From a virus, in the IMG/VR virus record IMGVR_UViG_3300010403_000025, positions 2,746 to 66,745 of that record: a stretch of DNA of 64,000 bases. One strand, given 5' to 3'. This document shows positions 1 to 9,400 of this stretch, piece after piece. Positions within the stretch are counted from its first letter, which is position 1. The number at the start of each line of letters is the position of its first letter. A model generated the notes under the pieces. The model was not told the DNA's origin, did not search any database, and worked only from the letters and a program-made list of their open reading frames with translations. The translations under genes were made by a program, and so were the position numbers.

Positions 1-1
1 T

Positions 2-1363
2 GAACAGATTACCGAGTTAGAAGGGACTGTACTGGTCAATGAGAAGCGCATCGACGAACTCATTGCGGCTGCGGATGGACGCAGTTTTGAAGAGCACGAA
101 GATGCGGAGATCAAAGACAAGCAAGCTGAGAACAAGCGCTGGCTAGATAAGATCACGCTGCTCAAGTCGCGCAATGCAACGCTGCTGCAGAAAGCCGCAG
201 AAGTCACGCCGGAAAACACCGACACTCCCGCAAAGGCGGCGGCAACACGAGGTGGCCCTCAGGAGCAGGCACGCGTGATCAGCGTTCGATCGAATCTTCC
301 GAAGGGAACGACGTTCTCGCGGTGGGTCATGGCGACGGTAGAAGCGAAGAACGACATGCACCGCGCTGCCGATCTGTCGAAAACCTACTGGCCCGACCAG
401 CCGGAACTGGAGCAGATTTTCCGCACCAATGTCGGATCGCGTGCTCAGGTGCTTGTCGGAACAACGACCCATGCGACATGGGCATCCCCGTTGATTCCTG
501 CAGCGCAGACGATGTTCAGTGAGTTTTTGGAATTGTTGCGGCCCCTGTCGATCATCGGACGCATCCCGAATCTCACGCGCGTTCCGCCGAATGTGGTCGT
601 TCCCATACAGACCGGTGGCGGTACGGGGAACTGGGTTGGGGAAACTCAGGCGAAACCGGTCAGCGCGTTGGCGTTCACGTCGGCGACTCTACGCTGGGCG
701 AAAGCCGTCGTCATGACGGTATTAAGCGAGGAACTGATTCGCTATTCCAGTCCAAGCGCCGAAGCGGTCGTGCGATCCTCAATTGCGAAAGACATTGCAC
801 AGTATCTCGATACACAGTTCATCTCAACGACGATTGAAAGCGTGAACGTTTCGCCGGCGGGCCTCTTGTGGAATGCGCCGACTTCAGCCGCGACAGGCGT
901 CACTGCGGCAACGTTCTTGACCGACTTCAAGACGGCGCTCGCGACATTCATTGCGGCCAATTACGATTTGTCGCAGTTGGTGATTTTGATGTCGAGCACG
1001 GTCGCGTTGAACGTCAGCACATTGAAAGATTCACTCGGCAACTTCCTCTATCCGACATTGGGACTCACCGGTGGAACCGTTCTGAATATCCCCGTGGTCG
1101 TAAGTGAAGCGGTCGGCAACAAGATCATCTTCATGAACGCGAGCGAAATTCTGTTGGCGGATGATGGCGGGATCATGATCGACGCGAGCAATCAGGCATC
1201 GATTCTGATGGACGACGCCCCGAACGCATCTCCCGCAACCACGTCGTTGGTGTCGCTGTATCAACGGAATCTCGTAGCAATAAAATGTGAGCAGTACATA
1301 ACCTGGAAGAAGGCGCGCTCGACCAGTGTGTACTACCTCTCCAATGCGAGCTACACAGGCTAA
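2..1363 (+). CDS. Major capsid protein, HK97 fold (5'-truncated by the window; coiled-coil scaffold region, possibly fused to a prohead protease upstream)
   Basis: Frame is open from base 2 (EQITELEGTV...) into ORF 275..1363. Motifs WVGETQAKPVS, LSEELIRYSSPSAEAVVR, SLYQRNLVAIKCE are typical of HK97-family capsids. Confidence 0.92.
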   Translation, partial: EQITELEGTVLVNEKRIDELIAAADGRSFEEHEDAEIKDKQAENKRWLDKITLLKSRNATLLQKAAEVTPENTDTPAKAAATRGGPQEQARVISVRSNLPKGTTFSRWVMATVEAKNDMHRAADLSKTYWPDQPELEQIFRTNVGSRAQVLVGTTTHATWASPLIPAAQTMFSEFLELLRPLSIIGRIPNLTRVPPNVVVPIQTGGGTGNWVGETQAKPVSALAFTSATLRWAKAVVMTVLSEELIRYSSPSAEAVVRSSIAKDIAQYLDTQFISTTIESVNVSPAGLLWNAPTSAATGVTAATFLTDFKTALATFIAANYDLSQLVILMSSTVALNVSTLKDSLGNFLYPTLGLTGGTVLNIPVVVSEAVGNKIIFMNASEILLADDGGIMIDASNQASILMDDAPNASPATTSLVSLYQRNLVAIKCEQYITWKKARSTSVYYLSNASYTG

Positions 1364-1368
1364 CTGAG

Positions 1369-1620
1369 TTAGTCTTCGCCACGGGCCCGTTTCTCTCCCT
1401 CTCTTTTCGGGCCCGTTTTTATTTTCTTTGATGGTGGAATGATGCCCCATCTGTCTTTTGCTTCACGAGCGCGCTGTTCTCGTTTACGTTCAGGTTCTTT
1501 CTCGCATTCGGTGCAGATAGCGGCCTCGCGTGTCGGCTCTAGCGGAATCTTATGCTTCGGGCAATAGAAATTGCGGAAACACCACCAGCGAAACCGGAGC
1601 CGATCAATGAAAGTTTTCAT
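1369..1620 (-). CDS. Small Cys-containing hypothetical protein (antisense moron operon)
   Basis: CPKH...CTEC pairs; its ATG overlaps the stop of the upstream KGG gene (ATGA). Confidence 0.5.
   Translation of the reverse strand: MKTFIDRLRFRWWCFRNFYCPKHKIPLEPTREAAICTECEKEPERKREQRAREAKDRWGIIPPSKKIKTGPKREGEKRARGED
1381..1426 (+). terminator. Intrinsic terminator after capsid gene
   Basis: Stem ACGGGCCCG...CGGGCCCGT followed by TTTTATTTT. Confidence 0.65.
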
Positions 1621-1757
1621 TTCTTTTTGATGTGCCCTTTCCAGCGCGCCTTTGCGCCTTTCTTGGCTATGGCTTTCTTTTCTTCTTTGGTTAATCGGGC
1701 GGCTCTGGCTTCACCGCCCTTGCGGCCGAGTTGTTGTGCAGCTTTATTCTTTGGCAT
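1617..1757 (-). CDS. 46-aa basic KGG-motif protein (not in ORF track)
   Basis: Manual translation MPKNKAAQQLGRKGGEARAARLTKEEKKAIAKKGAKARWKGHIKKK; matches the GRKGG...AxxRW small-protein pattern common in phages and mobile elements. Confidence 0.75.
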   Translation of the reverse strand: MPKNKAAQQLGRKGGEARAARLTKEEKKAIAKKGAKARWKGHIKKK

Positions 1758-1759
1758 AG

Positions 1760-1936
1760 TCAAAAGACTTCGCCTTCTTCTGCAAAATCAATCCAACCAC
1801 GATCATTGGTCTGGTCGTCGGTCAATGTGAGATTTCCTACGATGTTGGGGTACACGCGCCATTCTAACGGACATTGCTCTAATGCGGCTTTTAGTTGAGC
1901 CACTGTTAGGTATTTGATGTTGTTCTCGTCGCGCAT
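1760..1936 (-). CDS. 58-aa hypothetical protein (not in ORF track)
   Basis: Manual translation MRDENNIKYLTVAQLKAALEQCPLEWRVYPNIVG...; fills the gap between neighbouring minus-strand ORFs. Confidence 0.55.
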   Translation of the reverse strand: MRDENNIKYLTVAQLKAALEQCPLEWRVYPNIVGNLTLTDDQTNDRGWIDFAEEGEVF

Positions 1937-1943
1937 ATTCTTC

Positions 1944-2219
1944 TTAGCCGTTAAATTGAAAGTCGAAGCTGGCCGGATTGGTCATGCGTTCAATGTCAAT
2001 CTCGCCGCCGCGTACCATCGTCAGATGGTTAACTTTCGCAATCGTACGAATCGTCCGCTGCTGCTCATCCGTAAAGCGAGCATCAAACGTCGGTGCGTTA
2101 ACTTGAATGTATTTGCTACCGCAGGACTCAATCATGCGAACGCGAGCATTGATGCCAGCAGCCTTAATGCGTCCGCGAATGTGAGCAGCCATTTCTTTCT
2201 GCGTCATTGTGTTACTCAT
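1944..2219 (-). CDS. Hypothetical protein, first gene of leaderless antisense operon
   Basis: ATG (MSNTMTQKE) lies 7 nt after a TAATAT -10 box. Confidence 0.65.
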   Translation of the reverse strand: MSNTMTQKEMAAHIRGRIKAAGINARVRMIESCGSKYIQVNAPTFDARFTDEQQRTIRTIAKVNHLTMVRGGEIDIERMTNPASFDFQFNG

Positions 2220-2226
2220 GAGTACA

Positions 2227-2255
2227 ATATTACTGCTTAGCGCTAAGCATGTCAA
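2227..2255 (-). promoter_or_regulatory. Sigma70 promoter with 16-bp perfect palindrome in the spacer
   Basis: Minus strand reads TTGACA-TGCTTAGCGCTAAGCAG (17 nt)-TAATAT-7 nt-ATG; palindrome TGCTTAGCGCTAAGCA at 2234-2249. Confidence 0.85.
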
Positions 2256-2342
2256 TAGAAATCAGTCGGCCTTTCAAGCGCTATTTGAAAAGCTGTTTGG
2301 ACCACCTAAGCCGTGGCCTGCACCGCCGCCGCCTAAGTCAGT

Positions 2343-2564
2343 ATGAAACTCGTCAAAGTCATTGCCTTGAAAGATCACGAGTGGGCCAAGGTCGCACGCC
2401 ATACAGGTGAAGTCTACGAAGCCGACACCGAAGACATTCGGTTTGATGCACTGTTGGTGACGGGATTAGCGAAGCGTGTGACAGAGCCGACGCCAGCAGT
2501 GGATGAACGTCATGTCAGTCTGCCGGGGCGTTACAAGCGTCGAGATATGCGGCCGGTTAAATGA
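2343..2564 (+). CDS. Small head-module protein preceding portal
   Basis: C-terminal YKRRDMRP motif; overlaps portal start; position between capsid and portal. Confidence 0.6.
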   Translation: MKLVKVIALKDHEWAKVARHTGEVYEADTEDIRFDALLVTGLAKRVTEPTPAVDERHVSLPGRYKRRDMRPVK

Positions 2565-3961
2565 ACATCCTCGGCTTTGAAATCGTCCGCAAGCGCGCGG
2601 CGCAAAACCTTCAATCGGTCAACTCGAACTCGTGGTGGAATTGGTGGGGCCCGATTCGCGAACCGTTCACCGGAGCGTGGCAGAGGAACATCACGATTGA
2701 TCCGCAACAAACGCTACTAGCGTTCAGCGCGCTCTATGCGTGCGTTACTGGGATTGCGAGCGACATTGCGAAGATGCGGATTAAACTCGATGAGAACTCC
2801 GGTGGAATCTGGGAAGAAATCACCGAACCTCACGGCAATTCGAAGGCATCGGAAGTCATCCCGGTCCTAAACAAACCGAATCACTATCAAAACCGCATTC
2901 AATTTTTAACGCAGTGGATTGTTTCAAAACTACTGAGCGGGAACACCTACGTCCTCAAAGAACGTAATCGTGAAAGAGTTGTCGTCGCGTTGTATGTGCT
3001 CGACCCGCTGCGCGTGAAGGTACTCGTCGCTGAAGATGGAAGCGTCTGGTACGAACTGAGTCCGGATTATCTGTCCGACGTTCAAGACTCGATTACCGTT
3101 CCCGCTTCCGAAATCATCCACGATCGGATGTGCCCGCTGTGGCATCCTCTCGTCGGAGTCTCGCCGATTTACGCCTGTGGAACATCCGTCACGATGGGGA
3201 ATCGGATCCAGTCGAGTTCGACGAACTTCTATCAAAACGCCGCACGGCCAAGCGGCATTCTGACAGCACCGGGAATGATTACGGATGAAGCGGCAGCACG
3301 GGTGAAGGCACGTTTTGAAGCGGGCTATACAGGCGTGAATGCCGGAAAGATTGCGGTCGTTGGGGATGGACTGAAGTTTGAACAGATGACCCTGACGGCC
3401 GAGGCATCGCAGACGATTCAGCAATTGCAATGGACGGTCTCGGATGTCGCTCGTGCGTTTCATTATCCCGAGTGGAAACTCGGTGGAGCGTTGCCTCCGT
3501 ATTCAAATGGGCCAGAAGCCTTGACGCTCATGTACTACACCGACTGCCTCCAGCCTTTACTCGAATGCTTAGAGCTTTGCCTAGATGAAGGATTCGCGCT
3601 GCCAGAAGGCATCGGGACCGAAATGGATCTCGACAATCTGTTGCGCATGGATACCGCCGGCTTGTACGCGGCTAATAATCTCGGCGTTGGTGGTGGATGG
3701 CTCGCACCGAATGAAGCGCGGTTCCGCGCCAATTACTCCGATGTTAAGGGCGGTGAATCGCCCATGGTCCAGCAGCAGAACTACAGCCTCGCGGCCCTTG
3801 CCAAACGTGATGCGCAAGAGGATCCATTCGCATCGAAGACTCCTCTGCCTCAATTAGCGGCAGCACCGCCGCCTGAAGAGAAAACACCAACCCCAACCCG
3901 AGCCATGATGGAGCACGCCATGGAATCCTTCGAAGCCCAGTTACGAGAAGCGCTCGTCTGA
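2561..3961 (+). CDS. Portal protein (HK97 family)
   Basis: LYACVTGIASDIAK, PNHYQNR, LLSGNTY, EIIHDR, GVSPI, PSGILT, DVARAFH, WLAPNEAR motifs. Confidence 0.95.
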   Translation: MNILGFEIVRKRAAQNLQSVNSNSWWNWWGPIREPFTGAWQRNITIDPQQTLLAFSALYACVTGIASDIAKMRIKLDENSGGIWEEITEPHGNSKASEVIPVLNKPNHYQNRIQFLTQWIVSKLLSGNTYVLKERNRERVVVALYVLDPLRVKVLVAEDGSVWYELSPDYLSDVQDSITVPASEIIHDRMCPLWHPLVGVSPIYACGTSVTMGNRIQSSSTNFYQNAARPSGILTAPGMITDEAAARVKARFEAGYTGVNAGKIAVVGDGLKFEQMTLTAEASQTIQQLQWTVSDVARAFHYPEWKLGGALPPYSNGPEALTLMYYTDCLQPLLECLELCLDEGFALPEGIGTEMDLDNLLRMDTAGLYAANNLGVGGGWLAPNEARFRANYSDVKGGESPMVQQQNYSLAALAKRDAQEDPFASKTPLPQLAAAPPPEEKTPTPTRAMMEHAMESFEAQLREALV

Positions 3962-5082
3962 TGGAACCGTGGGAAATCTCAGGGCTTGCGATATCGGTAG
4001 CCCGAGTGGTTCGCGAGCATGCCAGTAGAACTGAAGAAAAACTCATCAAGTGGGCGACACTTGAATTAAAAGCACTCACCGATTTATTCGAAGAACGACT
4101 CCGGCAGATACCGGAACCGAAAGAAGGTCCGCGTGGCGAAAAAGGTGAGACCGGCGAGCGTGGAGCTATTGGAGAACGAGGCGAGCGCGGTGAGCAGGGC
4201 CCTCAAGGTCCTAGCGGTGAACGCGGAGAGAAGGGTGAGCCTGGAGGGACTGGACCTGAAGGCATTCGCGGAGAGCGTGGTGAAAAAGGCGAACGCGGTG
4301 AGCAGGGCCCGAGCGGCGAGCGTGGCGAAAAGGGTGAGATCGGGCCGATAGGTCCACGCGGTGAGATTGGCGAACGAGGCTTGCCTGGAGAAAAAGGGGA
4401 ACCTGGAGTTTCGGGCGAGCGTGGCATACAAGGCGAGCGCGGAGAGATTGGGGAACGTGGCGAAAAAGGGATTGATGGAAAGGACGGCCGTGAAGGGAAG
4501 GACGGCCGAGACGGTATGGCTGGCAAAGATGGTCGCGATGGTGAACATGGCCGAGACGCTTTACAGATCGACATTCTGCCGACGATCGACACTGCCAAAT
4601 CTTATCCACGGGGGACGTTTGCAGCGCACCGGGGCGGGCTATGGTGGGCTTCAAAAAACACAGCGCCATCGATTGATTTGCTGAATGCCGGATGGCAAGT
4701 GCTGATGAATGGAAACGCCGAGGAACAGCCTATTCATTCGGACGATCCCCGCGAATTCGGCTACATCCGGACCTCGACGGATGGCCAGCAACTGATCGTG
4801 AATCGCCGTGTGGACGTCCCGTTATTCCGAGGAATATGGGAGTCAACCAAGGAATACGTCAAGGGCGATATCGTTCGCCGAGGCGGAGATACTTGGATTT
4901 GCAATATCGCTGGCACGAAAGTCGGTCCCGGCGCTTCCAATATTCCAGACTGGACGCTCTTTACGAAGCAAGGTTCACAGGGCGCTGTAGGCAGCAAAGG
5001 CGATCCAGGTAAAGACGGAAAAGACGGCCGGCCGGGACGAGATCTCACGCAGGTGGACTACTCCACGGGAAGCAAGCATTGA
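3961..5082 (+). CDS. Collagen-like (48 Gly-X-Y triplets) portal-associated protein
   Basis: Uninterrupted Gly-X-Y run at 4126-4557, then DALQIDILP...SYPRGTFAAHRGGLW and FRGIW...YVKGDIV domains; TGATG-coupled to portal. Confidence 0.85.
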   Translation: MEPWEISGLAISVARVVREHASRTEEKLIKWATLELKALTDLFEERLRQIPEPKEGPRGEKGETGERGAIGERGERGEQGPQGPSGERGEKGEPGGTGPEGIRGERGEKGERGEQGPSGERGEKGEIGPIGPRGEIGERGLPGEKGEPGVSGERGIQGERGEIGERGEKGIDGKDGREGKDGRDGMAGKDGRDGEHGRDALQIDILPTIDTAKSYPRGTFAAHRGGLWWASKNTAPSIDLLNAGWQVLMNGNAEEQPIHSDDPREFGYIRTSTDGQQLIVNRRVDVPLFRGIWESTKEYVKGDIVRRGGDTWICNIAGTKVGPGASNIPDWTLFTKQGSQGAVGSKGDPGKDGKDGRPGRDLTQVDYSTGSKH

Positions 5083-5390
5083 GTGGGCTGATTTCGTTAA
5101 AAGAAGCGAAGGCGCATCTACGCGTCACGCACTCCGATGCGGATGAAGATATTGTGGCCAAGATTGAAGTCGCATCCGCCCTAGTTCTGGACTTCTTCAA
5201 ACTCTCAGCAATACCGGATGCGTGGTACATCAACAGCCCTCAAGAGATCAACGCGCCGGATTATTACAAGAACGTCACGAGTCTCGTGTTGGGTGAACTC
5301 TACTTCAACCGTGAAGCCAGTATTAGCAACATCCTCTCTCAGGGAATGCTCGACTTGATCCGCTTGAAACGCGATCCCACTGTTGCATGA
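5079..5390 (+). CDS. Head-tail connector (gp6/gp15-like adaptor)
   Basis: LISLKEAKAHLRV...DEDI...LYFNRE signature. Confidence 0.9.
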   Translation: MSGLISLKEAKAHLRVTHSDADEDIVAKIEVASALVLDFFKLSAIPDAWYINSPQEINAPDYYKNVTSLVLGELYFNREASISNILSQGMLDLIRLKRDPTVA

Positions 5391-6115
5391 CTAAACCACT
5401 ATTGAGTCTCGTTACCGGCAAAGTCGAACGCGATCCATCCTTCGCACGATTGGTGCGCTCGATTGTGCTGCATACGAAGGTGAACTGGGAGCTCGTGGTT
5501 AGTGACGCTAGCGAGATTCCATACGTATCCGAGTGGCGGAATGTGCGCGTGATTCACGAGAAACCACGCTTAGGCCACGTTCGCGGATACAACCGAGCAT
5601 TCGGTGAAGCGAAAGGAAAATGGATACTGTTCCTGAATGACGATGCTGAAGTTTTGCCGAACTACGATTTAGAAGCCATCGCCTTTATGGAAGCGCATCC
5701 CGATATTGGACTTGGCGCGCTGCACTATTCCGAAAATGGCGGGCCGTTTCATGTGAATTCCGCATGGGGCTGTGTGTACGCTAACTTTGGAATCTTCCCG
5801 CGCTTGCTCGGTGAGGACGTTGGGTTTTTCGATGAAGACATCCGGATGTACGGTGGCGACAACAGTTTCGCTTTCCGGATCTTGCTCGCGGACTACGGTA
5901 TTGCCGATATCCCCACAGCCCGCGTGTTGCATCACGTCCAGAAAGACGAGATCCGTTGTGCTAACGAACTGACGCAACGCAACGATAACGACATTCTGTG
6001 TAAAAAATACATGCCGTTGCAATCCGAGTGGACGGCGACTTATCAAAAATATCGCGTGGACACGAGCGGCGGTGAAACGTGGAGTCACGGTGTGAGGCCG
6101 GAAGCGGTTCGGTAA
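5387..6115 (+). CDS. Glycosyltransferase family 2
   Basis: WELVVSDAS, GYNRAF, ILFLNDD (DxD), GFFDE..MYGGD. Confidence 0.88.
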   Translation: MTKPLLSLVTGKVERDPSFARLVRSIVLHTKVNWELVVSDASEIPYVSEWRNVRVIHEKPRLGHVRGYNRAFGEAKGKWILFLNDDAEVLPNYDLEAIAFMEAHPDIGLGALHYSENGGPFHVNSAWGCVYANFGIFPRLLGEDVGFFDEDIRMYGGDNSFAFRILLADYGIADIPTARVLHHVQKDEIRCANELTQRNDNDILCKKYMPLQSEWTATYQKYRVDTSGGETWSHGVRPEAVR

Positions 6116-7303
6116 ATGCGTCTGCACCTGGGTTGCGGCAGTGTGTACTTGGACGGATGGACGAATATCGATGTCCGATCGCCCAATACCTTCCTTGCTG
6201 CGGATCGGCCGGACCTCGTCGATAAATGGAAGACGACGGACGACAACTACTACGGGCGGCATCAGGATAAAACGCTCGAGGTGTTACGCGCCGGCCCGTT
6301 GGATCAGGAATACGTCTGCGATGCGTATGGCTCATTCGACAACATCCCGGCGCCGTATTGGGATTGTGAAGAATTGCTCGCGAGGCATTCCTTTGAGCAT
6401 TTGAGCATGAGTGAAGCGCATAAAGCGCTCGATCAAATCGACGCGATCATGAAGTTGAACGGTATTTTGCGCCTAGACGTGCCCGACCACGAAGGGACAT
6501 TGCAGAAGTTCAGGGAGACGGGAGACGAATTCTACATCCGGCATCTTCTGGGACCACGCCGGAATGAATACGGTTTTCACATGATGTCTTACGATCGGGA
6601 ACGGCTACGTGCTCTTGTTGAAAGTCACGGATTTGTCTATGAAGGCGAGGAGCCGAATATTCATTTCTTCCCGGCGTTCACGTTACGCTTCGTCAAACCC
6701 GGACCACGCGCACCGCGAGATTACGTGAAGCTTCCCGATATTCCCGATAACTGGAGCGTTTTGGATGTTGGGCCGGGGCAATATCCGCATCCTCGTGCGA
6801 CTGCCTACCTCGATTGCAATGTCGATAATATTCGGCGGTTGCAAGCCGAAGGGAAGAAAGTCATTATCGGCAATCTAATGGAAGGTTTATCGGACATCCC
6901 GGACAAAGCATTCGATTATGTCTGGGTGTCCCATGTGCTAGAGCACATTCCATCACCTGAACGTGCGGCGGCGGCTCTCAGTCGTATTGCGAAACGTGGA
7001 ACCGTCGTCTTACCGTCCACATTCAAGGAAATGATGTTCTGTGGCGAGGAGGAAGATCATCGCTGGCAAACACTGCCGAATCCTGCGAATGGTGGACCGC
7101 CCATATTCATCCGCAATAACAGCGACTACATGAAGACGCTACGAGATTCCACGGTGCAAAAGATCACATCGCGGCTGTATCGGACGGGACCGAACCGGCA
7201 TGAAGAAGCGCGATATCTGCGAAAGTGGTTCTATGAAAACGAAGAAGCGCTCGACGTGGTGCACCATTGGAGCGGAGAGTTGACACTACAGGTGATCGGA
7301 TGA
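6116..7303 (+). CDS. Tandem class I SAM-dependent methyltransferase
   Basis: Two MTase units: RLHLGCG...HSFEH...GILRLDVPD and VLDVGPG...FDYVWVSHVLEH. Confidence 0.85.
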   Translation: MRLHLGCGSVYLDGWTNIDVRSPNTFLAADRPDLVDKWKTTDDNYYGRHQDKTLEVLRAGPLDQEYVCDAYGSFDNIPAPYWDCEELLARHSFEHLSMSEAHKALDQIDAIMKLNGILRLDVPDHEGTLQKFRETGDEFYIRHLLGPRRNEYGFHMMSYDRERLRALVESHGFVYEGEEPNIHFFPAFTLRFVKPGPRAPRDYVKLPDIPDNWSVLDVGPGQYPHPRATAYLDCNVDNIRRLQAEGKKVIIGNLMEGLSDIPDKAFDYVWVSHVLEHIPSPERAAAALSRIAKRGTVVLPSTFKEMMFCGEEEDHRWQTLPNPANGGPPIFIRNNSDYMKTLRDSTVQKITSRLYRTGPNRHEEARYLRKWFYENEEALDVVHHWSGELTLQVIG

Positions 7304-7503
7304 TCGCCTTACCCGCAAATCCAGAGTACAGGGAACTATTCATTAAGCGGCCTAGTTGGAAGCGGTTTATTTATGCGTCAGCGCTTTATGAAGCAGGCAG
7401 AGTTAAGATTCGTGGCCGTGAAATCCTGTTTGCTGGGTACAGTATCGATGGAAGCGGCAAGCGCTTGAAAGATCTCCACGTTTACTACGTCGTTCTCAAA
7501 TAA
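7300..7503 (+). CDS. Hypothetical protein
   Basis: ATGA-coupled to upstream gene and TAATG-coupled to downstream gene (MIALPANPEY...). Confidence 0.45.
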   Translation: MIALPANPEYRELFIKRPSWKRFIYASALYEAGRVKIRGREILFAGYSIDGSGKRLKDLHVYYVVLK

Positions 7504-8597
7504 TGAAAATCGCCGTCCTCGATACCTACTATCCTGATTTTCTGAAATCCGTTGAAATCGGCGACGATGGTTATGAGACGCTCTTGCAGCGATTGCTCGC
7601 GAAACAGTTCGGTACCGCTGATTTCTACAGTCGAAATCTGCGTGCGTTGGGTTGGGAAGCGATCGATATCATCGCGAACTGCTACCTGATTCAGCAGCAC
7701 TGGGCAATGGAAAACAACGAGCCGTCGCGTGAATTGGAAGACATCGCTCTCGCGCAAATCAAAGCCTTCGCACCGGACGTTGTGTTTGTGCAGGACCTCT
7801 CGTTCTTTAGCGTGTCCACGCTGCATCGGTTACGCGGATCGTATCTGTTGGTAGCGCAGCATTCGTGTCCGTGGGCGGGCGATGAGCGCGTGCGCGAGTT
7901 TCATTTGATCTTCACGAGTTTTCCGCATTACGTTCCACGCATCGAAGCCCTCGGTGTGCGTGCCGTCTACAATCCTCTGGCGTTTGAGTTTGAGGCGATA
8001 CGCAAGCTAGTAAGCAAGCAGTGGGAACGGCGGTATACCGGCTATCCTGACGCATTAAAACGCATTCACGACTGCGTCTTTATCGGTGGCGTCGGCAATC
8101 CGTCCCACTGGACGTATGGAATGCAAGTGCTCGAAACTGTCGCGCGCGAAATACCGACATTCAAATGGTGGGGCTATGGCGTGGAGACACTGCCAGCGGA
8201 TTCGCTTCTTCGGCAGAAGTATCAGGGGCAAGCGTTTGGAATAGACATGTATTCCATCCTGTTGCAGAGCAAAATTGCGCTGTGCCGTCATGGAGAGGTC
8301 GCCGAGGGTTACACAAATGCGATGCGCGTTTTTGAAAGTACGGGTTGCGGCGCGCTTATGTTGACCGAAGAAAGTAAAAACATATGGGATCTATTTTCCG
8401 CTAACGAAATTGCTACGTATTTAACACCGGTACAGGCTGTACAGAAAATACAATATTACCTAGCAAATGAAGGCGAGAGAGCGTACATCGCAGCCAAGGG
8501 TCAAGCTAGGTGTTTGCGCGACCATACATATACTCAGAGGATGCAAGTAGTCTCGGAGGTCTTAAGGGAATGCCTCGTAAGCGCTATCCAAAACTAA
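7503..8597 (+). CDS. GT-B glycosyltransferase (CgeB/Glyco_trans_1_2-like)
   Basis: FAPDVVFVQD, SKIAL..H, MRVFESTGCGALMLT, IAAKGQARCLRDHTY.QR. Confidence 0.88.
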   Translation: MKIAVLDTYYPDFLKSVEIGDDGYETLLQRLLAKQFGTADFYSRNLRALGWEAIDIIANCYLIQQHWAMENNEPSRELEDIALAQIKAFAPDVVFVQDLSFFSVSTLHRLRGSYLLVAQHSCPWAGDERVREFHLIFTSFPHYVPRIEALGVRAVYNPLAFEFEAIRKLVSKQWERRYTGYPDALKRIHDCVFIGGVGNPSHWTYGMQVLETVAREIPTFKWWGYGVETLPADSLLRQKYQGQAFGIDMYSILLQSKIALCRHGEVAEGYTNAMRVFESTGCGALMLTEESKNIWDLFSANEIATYLTPVQAVQKIQYYLANEGERAYIAAKGQARCLRDHTYTQRMQVVSEVLRECLVSAIQN

Positions 8598-9400
8598 TGG
8601 ACCGGCACATCGTCGTCTGCGCATGTGGGTGTGGCCAGACGTTTATGGATTATGACTCTGAGGGACGATTGCGGCGGTTTGTGTCTGGACATAACACCAC
8701 GCGCGAATTTGCACAAACGATCAGGGCCAGACTGACGGCGCGACCAGATGCGCGGCAGATATTTAGCGCAGCGGGCAAGAAGGCATGGATGGATGCGGAT
8801 TACCGTAAGCGGATGCTTGAGTCTGGGCAGAGACAGTGGGCAGATCCTAGATTTAGAGAAAAGACCCTGTCGGCCGCGCATGCTGCAGCAAAAGAAAAAT
8901 GGAGAGATCCAGAATTCAGGCAACGGATGGTTGAGGCGGGCCGACGGCTGAGTCATCATTTGCAAAGGCCAGATGTTAAATCCAATAATCGGCGCGCTGT
9001 ATCGAATCGATTAAAGCAGCTGTGGAGGACGCCTGAATGGATCGCCAAACTTAAGGTGACACATGCGAGCCAATGCGGGACGACGAGAACGAGCAAGCCA
9101 GAGAAACGCCTGCACCGCTTCATTTCAAATATCGGCCATGCATTCGAAACAGATAAACGTTTCGTCTTGAATCACGGCTACACGGTGCCGGATGCATATA
9201 TCCCCTCTGTCAATCTGGCAATATTTACAGATGGAACCTATTGGCATGGTAAGCCCGAGAAACGGCGGCGTGATTCAGAGCAGAGAGAAGCCTTGCGGCA
9301 AATGGGCGTCAATGTGTTCGTTATCGATCAGGGGCAACCAGAGCAACCTCAATTCGAAATATTGCAGCGCACGCTCCAGGAGATGCTGTGTCCCGCATAA
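8570..9400 (+). CDS. Vsr/DUF559-like (homing-type) endonuclease with helical DNA-binding repeats
   Basis: N-terminal CACGCG...RFVSGHN, repeated W.D..FR motifs, C-terminal TSKPE...PD....FTDGTYWH...RD; GGAGG SD before ATG 8570. Confidence 0.8.
   Translation: MPRKRYPKLMDRHIVVCACGCGQTFMDYDSEGRLRRFVSGHNTTREFAQTIRARLTARPDARQIFSAAGKKAWMDADYRKRMLESGQRQWADPRFREKTLSAAHAAAKEKWRDPEFRQRMVEAGRRLSHHLQRPDVKSNNRRAVSNRLKQLWRTPEWIAKLKVTHASQCGTTRTSKPEKRLHRFISNIGHAFETDKRFVLNHGYTVPDAYIPSVNLAIFTDGTYWHGKPEKRRRDSEQREALRQMGVNVFVIDQGQPEQPQFEILQRTLQEMLCPA

Noticed and set aside
4126-4557. Repetitive DNA resembling an array
   Set aside because: Explained by Gly-X-Y collagen coding; no repeat-spacer structure. No CRISPR array was seen anywhere in the window.
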